Source: Gemmatimonadota bacterium
Lineage (GTDB): Bacteria > Gemmatimonadota > Gemmatimonadetes > Gemmatimonadales > GWC2-71-9
Assembly (NCBI GenBank): GCA_039589275.1
Contig: JBDHHP010000012.1
Span: 2,573-66,572 of the forward strand
Reading direction: 5' to 3'
Length of the DNA stretch: 64,000 nt
Every line of letters begins with the position of its first letter. Position 1 is the first letter of the stretch. Shown here piece by piece: positions 1 through 9,904 of this stretch. Both the position numbers and the translations under genes were made by a program. Below the pieces are notes generated by a model, which was not told where the DNA came from, ran no database searches, and saw only the letters and a list, made by a program, of their open reading frames with translations.

Positions 1-1918
1 GCCCGGCGGCAACCCGCTGCGCCGTTGGATGTCGCCCGAGGTGTTGTCATGGGGCGAGCTGTTGTTGGCCACCCCCGTGATCCTCTGGGGTGGATTTCCC
101 TTCTTCGTGCGCGGCTGGAGATCGGTTGTCACCCGCAACCTCAACATGTTCACGCTGATCGGTCTCGGCGTTGCCGTTGCCTACGTCTTCAGCCTGGTAG
201 CCAGGCTTATGCCGGGCCTGTTCCCGGACTCGTTCCGCAACGAGGCAGGAGAGGTCGGAGTTTACTTCGAGGCGGCAGCAGTGATCGTGACCTTGGTGTT
301 GCTGGGACAGGTGCTGGAACTCAGAGCGCGGAGCCGCACGGGAGCTGCCATCAAGGCGCTGCTCGGCTTGGCTCCCAGGTTCGCTCGACGCATCGAGGCG
401 GACGGGGTCGAGCGCGACGTGCCGCTCGACCAAGTGCAGCCGGGTGACCGGTTGCGAGTGCGACCCGGCGAGAAGGTGCCGGTGGACGGGACGGTGCTCG
501 ATGGCGTCAGTTCCGTGGATGAGTCGATGATCACGGGCGAGCCGATCCCTGTCGAAAAAGTCGCCGGCGATCGCGTGGTCGGCGCGACGGTGAACGGCAC
601 CGGATCCCTGGTAATGCAGGCGGAACGCGTGGGAGGTGAGACACTGCTGGCCCAGATCGTTCGCATGGTGGCAGAGGCACAGCGCAGCCGAGCCCCGATC
701 CAGAAACTGGCGGATGTGGTGGCGTCGTATTTCGTGCCTGCCGTGGTGATCATCGCGGTAGTGACGTTCGTGATCTGGGCGCTGGCGGGTCCACAGCCGG
801 CCATGGCGTATGCCCTGATAAACGCGGTCGCGGTCCTGATAATTGCGTGTCCCTGCGCCCTTGGGTTGGCCACTCCAGTGTCCATCATGGTGGCTACGGG
901 GAAAGGGGCGGGCCTCGGTGTGCTGTTCAAGAACGCGGAAGCGATCGAGGTGTTGCGCAACGTGGACGTGCTAGTGGTTGATAAGACCGGCACGCTCACA
1001 CTGGGCAAGCCGAAACTCGTTTCGGTCGTGGGCTTGAACGGTTGGAGTGACAAGGAGCTGGTGCGCTTCGCCGCCAGTCTCGAGCGGGGCAGCGAGCATC
1101 CTCTCGCGGCAGCTATCGTCGAAGGAGCCGAAGAGCGGAGCATTCCATTGATCGACGTAGACTCGTTCGCGTCGGTGACCGGGAAGGGTGTAAAGGGCAA
1201 CGTCGGGGGTCGCGCAGTAGCTCTGGGGAACGCAGCGCTGATGGAGCAGCTCGGCGTGTCGATAGAAGTAGCCGAAAAGCGGGCGGAGTCGCTGCGGGCG
1301 GAAGGGCAGACGGCGATGTTCGTCGCCGTCGACGACCGTGTAGCCGGCATTGTTGTGGTGGCCGACCCAATCAAGTCCACGACGCCGCAGGCGATTGAGC
1401 GACTGCACCAGGAAGGTGTGAAGGTCACCATGCTTACCGGAGACAGTCGCACCACGGCCGAAGCCGTGGGCCGCGAACTCGAAATCGACGACGTGGTTGC
1501 CGAGGTGTTGCCCGATCAGAAGTCGGAGGTCCTGAAGCGACTCCAGAGCGAGGGCCACGTGGTAGCCATGGCGGGCGACGGAATCAACGACGCCCCTGCG
1601 TTGGCGCAGGCGCACGTGGGCATCGCGATGGGTACGGGCACCGACGTTGCCATGGAGAGCGCGGGTGTAACGCTCGTCAAGGGCGATCTGCGCGGAATCG
1701 TCCGGGCCAGACGACTCAGCCGCGCAACAATGCGCAACATCCGGCAGAATCTGTTTTTCGCGTTCATCTACAACAGCTTGGGCGTGCCGGTGGCCGCCGG
1801 CGTGCTGTACCCGTTCCTGGGCATTCTGTTGAGTCCAATGTTCGCCGCTGCGGCCATGAGCTTTAGCTCGGTTTCCGTGGTTGGCAACGCGCTCAGGTTG
1901 CGCGGGGCGAGGGTATGA
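1..1918 (+). CDS. copA: Cu(I)/Ag(I)-translocating P1B-type ATPase, 5-prime partial (runs off window start)
   Basis: Frame is open from nt 2 to TGA 1916-1918. Motifs: ITGEP, CPC ([13 protein letters not shown]), [13 protein letters not shown], and the P1B-1 TM7/TM8 signature (IYN..P and P-x6-MSFSS-x5-N). Confidence 0.93.
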   Translation, partial: PGGNPLRRWMSPEVLSWGELLLATPVILWGGFPFFVRGWRSVVTRNLNMFTLIGLGVAVAYVFSLVARLMPGLFPDSFRNEAGEVGVYFEAAAVIVTLVLLGQVLELRARSRTGAAIKALLGLAPRFARRIEADGVERDVPLDQVQPGDRLRVRPGEKVPVDGTVLDGVSSVDESMITGEPIPVEKVAGDRVVGATVNGTGSLVMQAERVGGETLLAQIVRMVAEAQRSRAPIQKLADVVASYFVPAVVIIAVVTFVIWALAGPQPAMAYALINAVAVLIIACPCALGLATPVSIMVATGKGAGLGVLFKNAEAIEVLRNVDVLVVDKTGTLTLGKPKLVSVVGLNGWSDKELVRFAASLERGSEHPLAAAIVEGAEERSIPLIDVDSFASVTGKGVKGNVGGRAVALGNAALMEQLGVSIEVAEKRAESLRAEGQTAMFVAVDDRVAGIVVVADPIKSTTPQAIERLHQEGVKVTMLTGDSRTTAEAVGRELEIDDVVAEVLPDQKSEVLKRLQSEGHVVAMAGDGINDAPALAQAHVGIAMGTGTDVAMESAGVTLVKGDLRGIVRARRLSRATMRNIRQNLFFAFIYNSLGVPVAAGVLYPFLGILLSPMFAAAAMSFSSVSVVGNALRLRGARV

Positions 1919-2043
1919 GGGCGCCAGAAGAGGGCGACATCGTCCTGTACGACATCGAGTTCATGCGGCAGGGTCAGAAGTTCGAAGCGGACATCAAGGA
2001 AGACGGCGCGATCCTCGAGGAGGACGCCGCCGAGCCGGCGTGA
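1915..2043 (+). CDS. 42-aa ORF with PepSY-like half domain; start overlaps copA stop (ATGA)
   Basis: ATG 1915 overlaps TGA 1916-1918. Hand translation: [42 protein letters not shown], which resembles the Y-E/D-I-E-F..G...E..I..DG.I core of PepSY-type domains. It is below the ORF-track length cut-off. Confidence 0.35.
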   Translation: MRAPEEGDIVLYDIEFMRQGQKFEADIKEDGAILEEDAAEPA

Positions 2044-2100
2044 TCTTGGTCTAGCTGGGGGATCGTTTGTCGTGAGTCGCGTGGGTTGCTGAATTCTGAA

Positions 2101-2808
2101 TCAGAACTTGATGCTGTGAATTACTACCGCTGAGGCTACGCCGACGCCTGCCCCGATGAACACATCGGAAGGGTGGTGCTTGCCTGCCGCAACCCGGAGC
2201 ACACCGACGCCCGTTGCGCCAGCCATGAGTACCCAGCGCAGCCACGGCTTGTCGTCCTCCGTGATACCGTTGCGAGTCAGCCAGTAGCTGGTAGCCAACG
2301 CAAACGCCGTGGACGTGTGACCCGAGGGCATGGATCTCTGGTTGTTGGGCCCGTCTGCTGCGCCGGGCGCCTGGTCCGTGTAAAGGACCGGGCGTTTGCG
2401 TCCAATGGCCCCTTTGGCCAAGTGGGTGATAGCCTCGGCCCAGAGTAACGACTCTACGGACGCGACGATACCGACCTGACCGGATCGACCTTCTCTCGCC
2501 AAGTCAAGCCAGCTGACCAGCGCAACTGCAGCTCTGGTTATGTCACTGGCTCTAGCTGTTACGGCCTCGGGCTCGGTGACAGCCCATCGATCGAAGAACG
2601 GAAGGTCTGCAGGATCGCACGGTGCGCAGGACGGTGGAGCTTCATGCCATCCCGAGATCCGCTCAATGCCCCACACGAGCGCTGCGCTGCTCGCAATGAT
2701 CCCGTCTTTCGCAGTGATGAGTGGAGGCAATGTCGGCTGGCCCGAGAGGTGGTGGGAGGCCAGGAGTGCCGCACACACCAGAAGCGAAGACGGTCGTATC
2801 GGAGTCAT
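2101..2808 (-). CDS. PAP2-family (type-2 phosphatidic acid phosphatase-like) phosphatase
   Basis: Motifs KRP (GRKRPVLY), PSGH (MPSGHTS) and RVAAGKHHPSDV. Start moved to ATG 2808 (MTPIRPSSLLVCAALLA, signal-like). The upstream 105 codons of ORF 2101..3123 are Arg-rich read-through. Confidence 0.85.
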   Translation of the reverse strand: MTPIRPSSLLVCAALLASHHLSGQPTLPPLITAKDGIIASSAALVWGIERISGWHEAPPSCAPCDPADLPFFDRWAVTEPEAVTARASDITRAAVALVSWLDLAREGRSGQVGIVASVESLLWAEAITHLAKGAIGRKRPVLYTDQAPGAADGPNNQRSMPSGHTSTAFALATSYWLTRNGITEDDKPWLRWVLMAGATGVGVLRVAAGKHHPSDVFIGAGVGVASAVVIHSIKF

Positions 2809-2999
2809 ACGAGTCGGCCCGGTCACTCTGTTCTGCGCCAGTGGGCTACGAAACACGATCATACTCCTCTCGAACTCGGTCGCCTGTATCGGACCGCAAC
2901 TGAGCCATACGGGGCCGTGCCGGCATCTGTTCCGAGGAGCGCAAGCAGGCCTTCCGCGTCTTGGAAGGCCTGCCCAAGTCGCATGCTGAAGCTGTTGGC

Positions 3000-3557
3000 T
3001 CAGCCGTTGTCGTCGTCCTCGACTTCTAGGTCCATACCGTCTTCGAATTCCAACTCGAACTCGACCAGCTGATCCTGAATCGCCGCGAGATCCCACACCG
3101 TTCCGTCGGGCATCTCGATCCACGCAGCCGGGCCCAGGGTGACTACTAGGTCCACGCTGCCTCCCTCAGCGATCTCCAGCGGTGGGTCGAGTTCCATCTC
3201 GACCTCGATCTCCGCTTCGAAGTAGGTCGTGAAGTCTACGGTGCTTCCGCCGGTCGGTGTGAACGCTCCCACCACCACCATGCTCGCTTCGTCGGGCCAA
3301 TCGGGGAACGCAGCCCGCACCTCAACGAGCAACGCGGCGATGAGCGCGGCGTCCGTCTGCTCCTCGTCATCGTCATCGACTTCGATGTCTTCGATCTCGA
3401 GTTCCAGCTCCTTGTATTGCCCTGCCGGTACGTTCGCAGCCGTAACGGTGACCGGAGCGCCGTCCAGCGGGACGTTGATGAATAGGTATCGCTGCTCGAA
3501 GTCGTCGCAACCAGCCCGGGCCTGCTCATCGTCATCGTCGCAGGGCCTTGCCGCCAT
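3000..3557 (-). pseudogene. Very acidic protein apparently lacking its N-terminus (abuts the IS fragment); possibly DUF4382-like
   Basis: 185-aa D/E-rich ORF with a beta-rich core (VTVTAANVPAGQYKELELEIEDIEV) and no signal peptide. Its first codons overlap, out of frame, the end of the transposase fragment. Confidence 0.4.
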
Positions 3558-3904
3558 GGATGGCTTTCATGTAGAGGGCGTGGCCGAGCACGAAGTGGAT
3601 GCCCTGGTTGCGGCAGAGATCGGCGAGCCAGTACCAGGTGAAGATGCACTCGGCGGCAGCTACTAGATCTTCCCGGTATGGAGCTACAGCTTTTAGGAAG
3701 GCATCCGGCTTTGCACGCAGGTTGCGGTGCAGCAGGGCTGTTCCAGCCTCGTCGAGGATGCAGAGGTACATGGAGCGAGCATGGAGATCGATGCCGCAGT
3801 AGTATCTGTGCTGCTTGGTGTAGAATCTCATAAAGGTCTCCTCGGTCTAATGGTTCGCGAGCCCAGAGCTTACTTCGCTAGTAAGCTCCAGAGGAGGCCT
3901 TTAT
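3532..3904 (-). mobile_element. IS110-family insertion-sequence remnant: 5-prime non-coding end plus the first ~96 codons of the DEDD transposase
   Basis: MRFYTKQHRYYCGIDLHARSMYLCILDEAG...ECIFTWYWLADL...YMKAIHGGKA matches the N-terminal RuvC-like domain of IS110-family transposases, which are normally over 300 aa. The ORF stops 3 codons after GGKA. Confidence 0.75.
3830..3904 (-). promoter_or_regulatory. Nested inverted repeat covering the SD and ATG of the transposase fragment
   Basis: 3830-3843 ATAAAGGTCTCCTC pairs with 3891-3904 GAGGAGGCCTTTAT (13 of 14). An inner perfect 9-bp stem lies at 3866-3874/3880-3888 with a 5-nt loop. Confidence 0.45.
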
Positions 3905-4237
3905 GAGTATCAAGCGCATGAACCTGTCAGGCGGCGTTAGGAGTGATTGATTTGTGCGCGTGGCAAGGACACTGAGGACCGAGAGAATGTTGCACCTCGG
4001 TGTTCAACACGTTCGTGCTCACCTATGCGCCATAGCTGCGGCAAACCCCGCTGACGTTCTTACGACCGGGGCATTTGCCCCACCATGCGGGCGGGTTCCC
4101 TACTCAGCGACCTCTTTCGCAACTTCTCGCCAGCCGTAACCACATATAGAACAGCGGCTTAGTGACCGCCTTGTCGGGGTCCGGTAAATGCACCGGCAGG
4201 GCGGAAACGAACCAGACATCCGGAGTAACAGACCGAA

Positions 4238-5518
4238 ATGGTGCAACCGTTTTTCGTCATAGCAGCCCTCGCGATGGCGCCCGTCGCGGAGGTGAGCGAG
4301 CAGTACGCCGATAGTCTCCTGCTGAACCAGGCTATCCAGCAGGCTCGGCTCGCCAACCCAATGCTTCAGGCCGCCCGCTACCGGGCCGACGCCGCCGCTG
4401 AGCGCGTGCCGCAGGCCGGGGCGCTGCCCGACCCGATGCTCTCATTCGGAATGAGGAACTGGGTCGCGCGGGACTGGAGCGCCAGCGCGCCGATGTCAGC
4501 CTGGAGCGCCAGCGCGCCGATGTCAGCCAATGTCATCCAGCTGACGCAGCGATTCCCCTGGCCCGGTAAGCTCGGGTTCAGCGAGGAGCGGGCCGAGCGA
4601 CTTGCGGAGGCCCAGTTGCTCGATGCTGCTGAGACGGAGGTGGCGCTGTATGCCCGGGTCAAATCGGTCTACTACCAGTTGGCCTACATCGACCGCTCCA
4701 TTGTGATCATGCAGAACACACGGGAACTGCTGCGCAACTTCCTCGAGGTCGCCTCCACGATGTACGCGGTGGGCTCGGGCCTACAGCAAGATGTGCTTCA
4801 GGCCCAGGTTGCCGTTGCTCAGATGACCGAAGACATCACGGTCATGGAGCAGATGCGTATCGCGATGGCCGCGCGACTGAACGCGCTGATCGGTAGGGGA
4901 GCGACGACGCCCATCGGCGGACTCGAGCTGCCGCCTGCGGGCGAAGAGCTTCCCCTGCCGGACGCCCTCGTCTCCCTCGCAGCCGAGCGCAGGCCGGCGC
5001 TCCAGGCCGCGGAGCAACGCATTCAGGCTGCGGAGGCAGGCTACAGAGCTGCACGCAGGAAGCTATATCCCGACATCGCGGTGACCGTTGGCTACGGCCA
5101 ACGTCCCGATTTCGCAGACCTGGCAACCGTTATGGTCGGGGTGAGCATCCCGATCTTTGCCGGCTCGCGCCAGCTGCCACTACGCAGGGAGATGGAAGCG
5201 GTGCGATCGCTGGAGCAGGCGCGCGCCACCGATCTCTACAACGAGACCTTCGCGCGCCTCTCCGAGCTGAGAGCCGAAGCCGAGCGCGCTCGAACACTCT
5301 CGGATCTCTACACCACGTCCGTATTACCACAGGCACGCGCTGCGGTGGAGTCGGCGCTCTCTGCGTATCGGGTAGGCGGCGTGGATTACATGACGCTGGT
5401 CGCAAATCAAATGACCGTAAATCGCTACGCAATCCAGACAGTACGACTCATCGCCGATTTCCACCGCGCGGTGGCACAGATCGAGGCGCTGGTGGGCGGT
5501 GACATAGGAGGTAACTGA
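4238..5518 (+). CDS. TolC-like outer-membrane factor of a heavy-metal RND system (CusC/CzcC-like)
   Basis: 426 aa. An in-frame TAA at 4226 fixes ATG 4238. OEP-type repeats are present (LLLNQAIQQARLANPMLQAARYRADAA...; RPALQAAEQRIQAAEAGYRAARRKLYPDI). The stop overlaps the next start (TGATG 5516-5520). Confidence 0.88.
   Translation: MVQPFFVIAALAMAPVAEVSEQYADSLLLNQAIQQARLANPMLQAARYRADAAAERVPQAGALPDPMLSFGMRNWVARDWSASAPMSAWSASAPMSANVIQLTQRFPWPGKLGFSEERAERLAEAQLLDAAETEVALYARVKSVYYQLAYIDRSIVIMQNTRELLRNFLEVASTMYAVGSGLQQDVLQAQVAVAQMTEDITVMEQMRIAMAARLNALIGRGATTPIGGLELPPAGEELPLPDALVSLAAERRPALQAAEQRIQAAEAGYRAARRKLYPDIAVTVGYGQRPDFADLATVMVGVSIPIFAGSRQLPLRREMEAVRSLEQARATDLYNETFARLSELRAEAERARTLSDLYTTSVLPQARAAVESALSAYRVGGVDYMTLVANQMTVNRYAIQTVRLIADFHRAVAQIEALVGGDIGGN
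4474..4527 (+). repeat. Perfect 27-bp tandem duplication (2 copies) inside the OMF gene
   Basis: CTGGAGCGCCAGCGCGCCGATGTCAGC occurs at 4474-4500 and again at 4501-4527. In frame it gives WSASAPMSA-WSASAPMSA. Confidence 0.97.
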
Positions 5519-6744
5519 TGAACAAGCTCTCTGCATCAATCGGGACTCTTGCCATGTTGTTCGCCGCATGCGGCGGGGAGCCGGCCGAGGAATCGCCGAT
5601 GGAGGGCATGACCGCCGAAGAACATGCCATGCACACCGGTGGTGGCGGCGGTACCACGGACAGCACCGGGGCGCTGATCCGTAATCCCGTCCACGTGACG
5701 CCCGATCAGGAGCGCGCCCTGGGAATCGTGTACACGATGGCCCGCCGTACGTCGTTGGAGCGGACGATTCGGACGGTCGGACAGATACACGCAGCCGAAC
5801 CGAACGTGGCCGACGTGACGCTCAAGGTCGACGGCTTCGTGGAACGGTTGATGGTCGCGTCGACCGGCGAGGCGGTGCGCGCAGGGCAACCGCTGCTCGA
5901 GCTATACGGCCCCAAGCTCGTCGCAGCCCAGGAAGAGCTGTTGACTGCCAGACGTCTGGTCTCGCGCGTCGACAGCTCCTCGCAAGAAGCTTGGGAGAAC
6001 GCCAACCAAATGCTCGAGGCCGCCCGCCGGCGCCTGGCTTATTGGGACATCACCTCTGAGCAGATCGACCGTATCGAGCAAACGGGAGAAGTGACCAAGA
6101 CACTGACACTGGTCTCGCCGTTCACCGGCATCGTGTTGGAGAAGAAGGTGCTGGACGGGCAGCGCGTCATGGCCGGCATGAAGCTGTACCAGATCGCGGA
6201 CCTCACCGAAGTGTGGATCGAGGGCGAGGTGTTCGAGCAGGACCTGCAGCACGTGGGCGTCGGCTGGCCAGCTCATATAGAGGTCGCTGCGTATCCGGGA
6301 CAACACATCATGGGTCGGGTCAGCTTCGTGTACCCCACCGTGGATCATGCGACCAGGACCAACCGGGTGCGGGTGACGGTGGCCAACAGGAGTCTGCGGC
6401 TCAAGCCGGGCATGTTTGCCACGCTCTTTTTCGACGTGATGATCGGGGATGACGTGCTCGTGGTACCCACCGAGGCGATCCTGGCCACAGGCGAACGCGA
6501 CTTGGTTTTCGTGCGCGAGTCCGACGGCATGCTCTACTCACGCGAGGTGGTTCTCGGATCCCGCGCCGGCGGCTTGGTGCAGGTGCTGAGCGGTCTGGAT
6601 GAAGGAGCGACTGTTGTCGGGTCGGCCAACTTCCTGATGGATGCGGAGTCGCGTCTGGCGAGCGCCGGAGCGATGGCCGGAATGGACCACGCTACCGAGG
6701 ATGTACCGCCACAGCCCCCGATGGAGCACCAACATGATCAATAA
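5518..6744 (+). CDS. RND periplasmic adaptor lipoprotein (CusB/CzcB-like) with Met/His-rich tails
   Basis: Lipobox LFAAC. Adaptor core: LVSPFTGIVLEKKVLDGQRVMAGMKLYQIADLTEVWIEGEVFEQD. N-tail EESPMEGMTAEEHAMH and C-tail AMAGMDHATEDVPPQPPMEHQHDQ. Confidence 0.9.
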   Translation: MNKLSASIGTLAMLFAACGGEPAEESPMEGMTAEEHAMHTGGGGGTTDSTGALIRNPVHVTPDQERALGIVYTMARRTSLERTIRTVGQIHAAEPNVADVTLKVDGFVERLMVASTGEAVRAGQPLLELYGPKLVAAQEELLTARRLVSRVDSSSQEAWENANQMLEAARRRLAYWDITSEQIDRIEQTGEVTKTLTLVSPFTGIVLEKKVLDGQRVMAGMKLYQIADLTEVWIEGEVFEQDLQHVGVGWPAHIEVAAYPGQHIMGRVSFVYPTVDHATRTNRVRVTVANRSLRLKPGMFATLFFDVMIGDDVLVVPTEAILATGERDLVFVRESDGMLYSREVVLGSRAGGLVQVLSGLDEGATVVGSANFLMDAESRLASAGAMAGMDHATEDVPPQPPMEHQHDQ

Positions 6745-9700
6745 GATCATTGCATGGTCGCTCCGTAATCGCTTCCTGGTTTTGCTGGGAACGGCCGCGG
6801 TGTTCGGCGCTGGTGTCTTGGCCATGCGCGCGACGCCCCTGGATGCCATTCCCGATCTGTCTGACGTACAGGTCATCATTCAAGCCGACTTCCGCGAGCA
6901 GGCACCGCAGATCGTAGAGGACCAAGTCACTTACCCGATTGCCTCGGAGATGCTCAAGGTCCCGGGAGCACGGGTAGTGAGGGGTTACTCGTTCTTCGGG
7001 CTCAGCCTGGTTTACGTGATCTTCGAGGACGGCACCGACATCTACTGGGCGCGCTCGCGGGTGCTGGAGTACCTGAACGGGATCCGGCAGAACATGCCCC
7101 CCGGCGTCGAGCCCCTGCTCGGCCCCGACGCCACGGGAGTGGGCTGGGTATACGAGTACGTGCTGGAGTCGGACAGACACGACCTGGCCGAACTGCGTTC
7201 GCTGCAAGACTGGTACATCCGCTACCAGCTCACCGCCGTTCCGGGTGTCTCCGAGGTAGCAACGGTCGGCGGTTTCGTGCGCCAGTATCAGGTCGAGGTC
7301 GACCCGGAGCGGCTACGGGCGTTCAACATCCCGGCTACCCGCGTGGCGCAGGCGATTGGGGCCCACAACGTCGACATCGGCGCCCGCGTGCTGGAGATGG
7401 GTGGCCGCGAGTACATGATACGCGGCCTCGGGTACCTCGAAGACATCGAAGACGTCGAGCAGGTAACCGTCGGAGCAACCCCTACAGGCACGCCGATACG
7501 CGTGGCGGACGTGGCATCAGTAAGCTTCGGGCCTGCCCCCCGCCGGGGCGCAGCAGACTGGAACGGCCGGGGTGAAGCAGTAGCGGGAATCGTTGTCATG
7601 CGCTTCGGGTCCGACGCCCTGCGGACCATTGAGGCCGTGAAGGACCGTCTGGTGGAAATCGAAGAAGGGCTGCCCGAAGGTGTGACCATTCGCACCGCTT
7701 ACGACAGAAGCGATCTCATCCACCGCGCAATCGAAACGCTGCAGGAAAAGCTGATCGAGGAATCCCTGATCGTAGCCGCCATTGCGGTGCTGTTCCTGCT
7801 TCACGCCCGCTCAGCGCTTGTCGCGATAGTGACGCTACCTCTCGGCATCTTGATGTCGTTCATCGTCATGCGGATGATCGGGGTGAACGCCAACATCATG
7901 AGTCTGGGCGGCATCGCGATCGCCATCGGTGCCATGGTGGACGCGGCGATCGTGATGATCGAGAACATGCACAAGCACCTGGAGCGGTCGGACGGGACTC
8001 AGGATAGGTGGGAGATCGTACTCGAGAGCGCCAAACAGGTGGGGCCGCCTCTGTTCTTCTCACTCTTGATCATCACGTTCAGCTTCCTGCCGGTGTTTGC
8101 CCTGGAGCAACAGGAAGGGCGCCTCTTCAAACCGCTTGCGTTCACCAAGACGTTCGCAATGGCGAGCTCCGCACTGCTGTCGATCACGTTGGTGCCGGTC
8201 TTGATGGGGTATCTGATCAAGGGCCGTATCAGACCGGAGGCCGGCAACCCGATTAACCGAGCACTCAGGGCGATCTATCGTCCGGTGATCGGATTCGCCA
8301 CCGGAAGTCCCTGGTCCGTCGTGGCCATCGCGGCCTTGGTGCTGGGAGCCACCGTCGTTCCCTGGCGCCAACTGGGGAGCGAGTTCATGCCACCGCTGCG
8401 CGAGGGATCGATCCTGTTCATGCCCACCACCGTACCCGGTGTGTCCATCGCGCAGGCGCGCGAGGTATTGCGACAACAGGACAGCATCCTGGTTTCCTTC
8501 CCCGAGGTCGAGACGGTGCTCGGCAAGGTCGGCCGCGCCAACACCGCCACGGACCCTGCGCCACTCGCGATGTGGGAGACGACGATAATCCTCAAGCCTG
8601 AAGAGGAGTGGCGTGCCGGGTTGAGCTACGACCAACTGATATCGGAGATGGATGCCGCGACGAGGCTGCCGGGGGTCACCAATTCCTGGACCATGCCCAT
8701 CAAGGGCCGCATCGATATGCTGGCTACCGGGATTCGCACACCCGTCGGCATCAAGATCTTCGGTCCCGATCTCGACACATTGCAGGCCCTCGGCGAACAA
8801 GTGGAGCGGATCGTTCAACAGGTGCCGGGCACGCGCAGCGCCTTCGCTGAACGGGGAGTAGCCGGGTACTACGTTGACATCGACATCGACCGCACTGAAG
8901 CCGCGCGCTACGGCCTAAATGTCGGAGACGTGCATCGGTCTGTAATGGCGACCGTCGGCGGAATCAACGCGGCGATAACCGTCGAGGGCCGTGAGCGGTA
9001 CGCGGTGAACGTGCGCTACCCGAGGGAATTGCGCGACGATGTCGACAAGATCAAGGACGTACTAATCTCGACCATGGGTAACGCACAGATTCCACTCGGG
9101 CAGCTGGCCGAGGTCGCGGTGGTCAAGGGACCGATGACGGTTAAGACCGAGAACGCGTTCCCCGTCACGACCATCTTCGTTGATATCGACGAACCTGATG
9201 TGGGCGGCTACGTACGCAACGCGCAACAGACAGTAGCGCAACAGCTCCAGCTTCCGCCGGGCTACACCTTGGTCTGGAGCGGTCAGTACGAGTTCATGCA
9301 GCGTGTAGCGGAGAAGCTCCGTCTCGTAATCCCGGTAACACTAGGAATCATCTTTCTGCTCCTGTACCTGAACTTCAGAAGCGTTGCCGAGTCGTTGATC
9401 GTGATGCTCGCACTGCCGTTCTCGTTGGTGGGCGGTATCTGGCTGCTTTGGCTGCTGAGCTACAACACCAGCGTTGCCGTATGGGTCGGCTTCATTGCCC
9501 TGGCAGGCGTGGCTGCGGAAACGGGGGTGGTGATGCTGATCTATCTCGACGAAGCGTTCCACCGGCGCAGCCTAGAGGGCAAGATGAAGACGTTCGACGA
9601 CGTTGCGGCAGCGGTGAGAGAAGGAGCCCTGGAGCGACTGAGGCCGGTCATAATGACGGTCACGGCGATCACGGCGGGCTTGGCGCCGATCATGTGGAGT

Positions 9701-9895
9701 GCCGGCACGGGAGCCGATGTCATGAAGCGAATTGCGTCTCCCATGGTAGGCGGCATGGTGAGCGCTACGCTGCTAACGCTCGTGGTAATTCCGGCCATCT
9801 ATCTCCTGTGGCGGTCTTGGCAGGTGCGCCACCGACCGGAAGCTGCCGTGCGCGGCGCTTTGCAGGACGACATGGCTCTAACTCCAGGTGATTAG
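6734..9895 (+). CDS. Heavy-metal efflux RND permease, CusA/CzcA family
   Basis: 1053 aa from ATG 6734 (MINKIIAWSLRNRFLV...), with an 11-nt overlap onto the adaptor gene. Typical RND layout with two large periplasmic loops. The first 31 codons of ORF 6641.. were discarded as overlap read-through. Confidence 0.95.
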   Translation: MINKIIAWSLRNRFLVLLGTAAVFGAGVLAMRATPLDAIPDLSDVQVIIQADFREQAPQIVEDQVTYPIASEMLKVPGARVVRGYSFFGLSLVYVIFEDGTDIYWARSRVLEYLNGIRQNMPPGVEPLLGPDATGVGWVYEYVLESDRHDLAELRSLQDWYIRYQLTAVPGVSEVATVGGFVRQYQVEVDPERLRAFNIPATRVAQAIGAHNVDIGARVLEMGGREYMIRGLGYLEDIEDVEQVTVGATPTGTPIRVADVASVSFGPAPRRGAADWNGRGEAVAGIVVMRFGSDALRTIEAVKDRLVEIEEGLPEGVTIRTAYDRSDLIHRAIETLQEKLIEESLIVAAIAVLFLLHARSALVAIVTLPLGILMSFIVMRMIGVNANIMSLGGIAIAIGAMVDAAIVMIENMHKHLERSDGTQDRWEIVLESAKQVGPPLFFSLLIITFSFLPVFALEQQEGRLFKPLAFTKTFAMASSALLSITLVPVLMGYLIKGRIRPEAGNPINRALRAIYRPVIGFATGSPWSVVAIAALVLGATVVPWRQLGSEFMPPLREGSILFMPTTVPGVSIAQAREVLRQQDSILVSFPEVETVLGKVGRANTATDPAPLAMWETTIILKPEEEWRAGLSYDQLISEMDAATRLPGVTNSWTMPIKGRIDMLATGIRTPVGIKIFGPDLDTLQALGEQVERIVQQVPGTRSAFAERGVAGYYVDIDIDRTEAARYGLNVGDVHRSVMATVGGINAAITVEGRERYAVNVRYPRELRDDVDKIKDVLISTMGNAQIPLGQLAEVAVVKGPMTVKTENAFPVTTIFVDIDEPDVGGYVRNAQQTVAQQLQLPPGYTLVWSGQYEFMQRVAEKLRLVIPVTLGIIFLLLYLNFRSVAESLIVMLALPFSLVGGIWLLWLLSYNTSVAVWVGFIALAGVAAETGVVMLIYLDEAFHRRSLEGKMKTFDDVAAAVREGALERLRPVIMTVTAITAGLAPIMWSAGTGADVMKRIASPMVGGMVSATLLTLVVIPAIYLLWRSWQVRHRPEAAVRGALQDDMALTPGD

Positions 9896-9904
9896 GACAG
9901 GACT

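Noticed and set aside
262-1455. 397-aa minus-strand ORF inside copA
   Set aside because: It is antisense to a motif-rich P-type ATPase gene. The product is Ser/Thr/Ala/Arg/Pro-rich and low-complexity with no motifs, which is a typical high-GC antisense artefact.
2094-2106. Palindrome TTCTGA-A-TCAGAA between the convergent PepSY-like ORF and the PAP2 gene, as a terminator
   Set aside because: With a 1-nt centre the effective stem is only 4-5 bp, there is no U-tract, and it overlaps the PAP2 stop codon.
3532-3904. Intact, active IS110-family insertion sequence
   Set aside because: Only about 96 of the expected 300-plus transposase codons remain, and no 3-prime end is present. It is treated as a remnant.
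4474-4527. CRISPR-like or minisatellite array
   Set aside because: There are only two directly abutting copies with no spacers, in frame within a CDS.
8060-8818. 252-aa minus-strand ORF inside the RND permease gene
   Set aside because: It is antisense to the CusA/CzcA-family gene and has no motifs.
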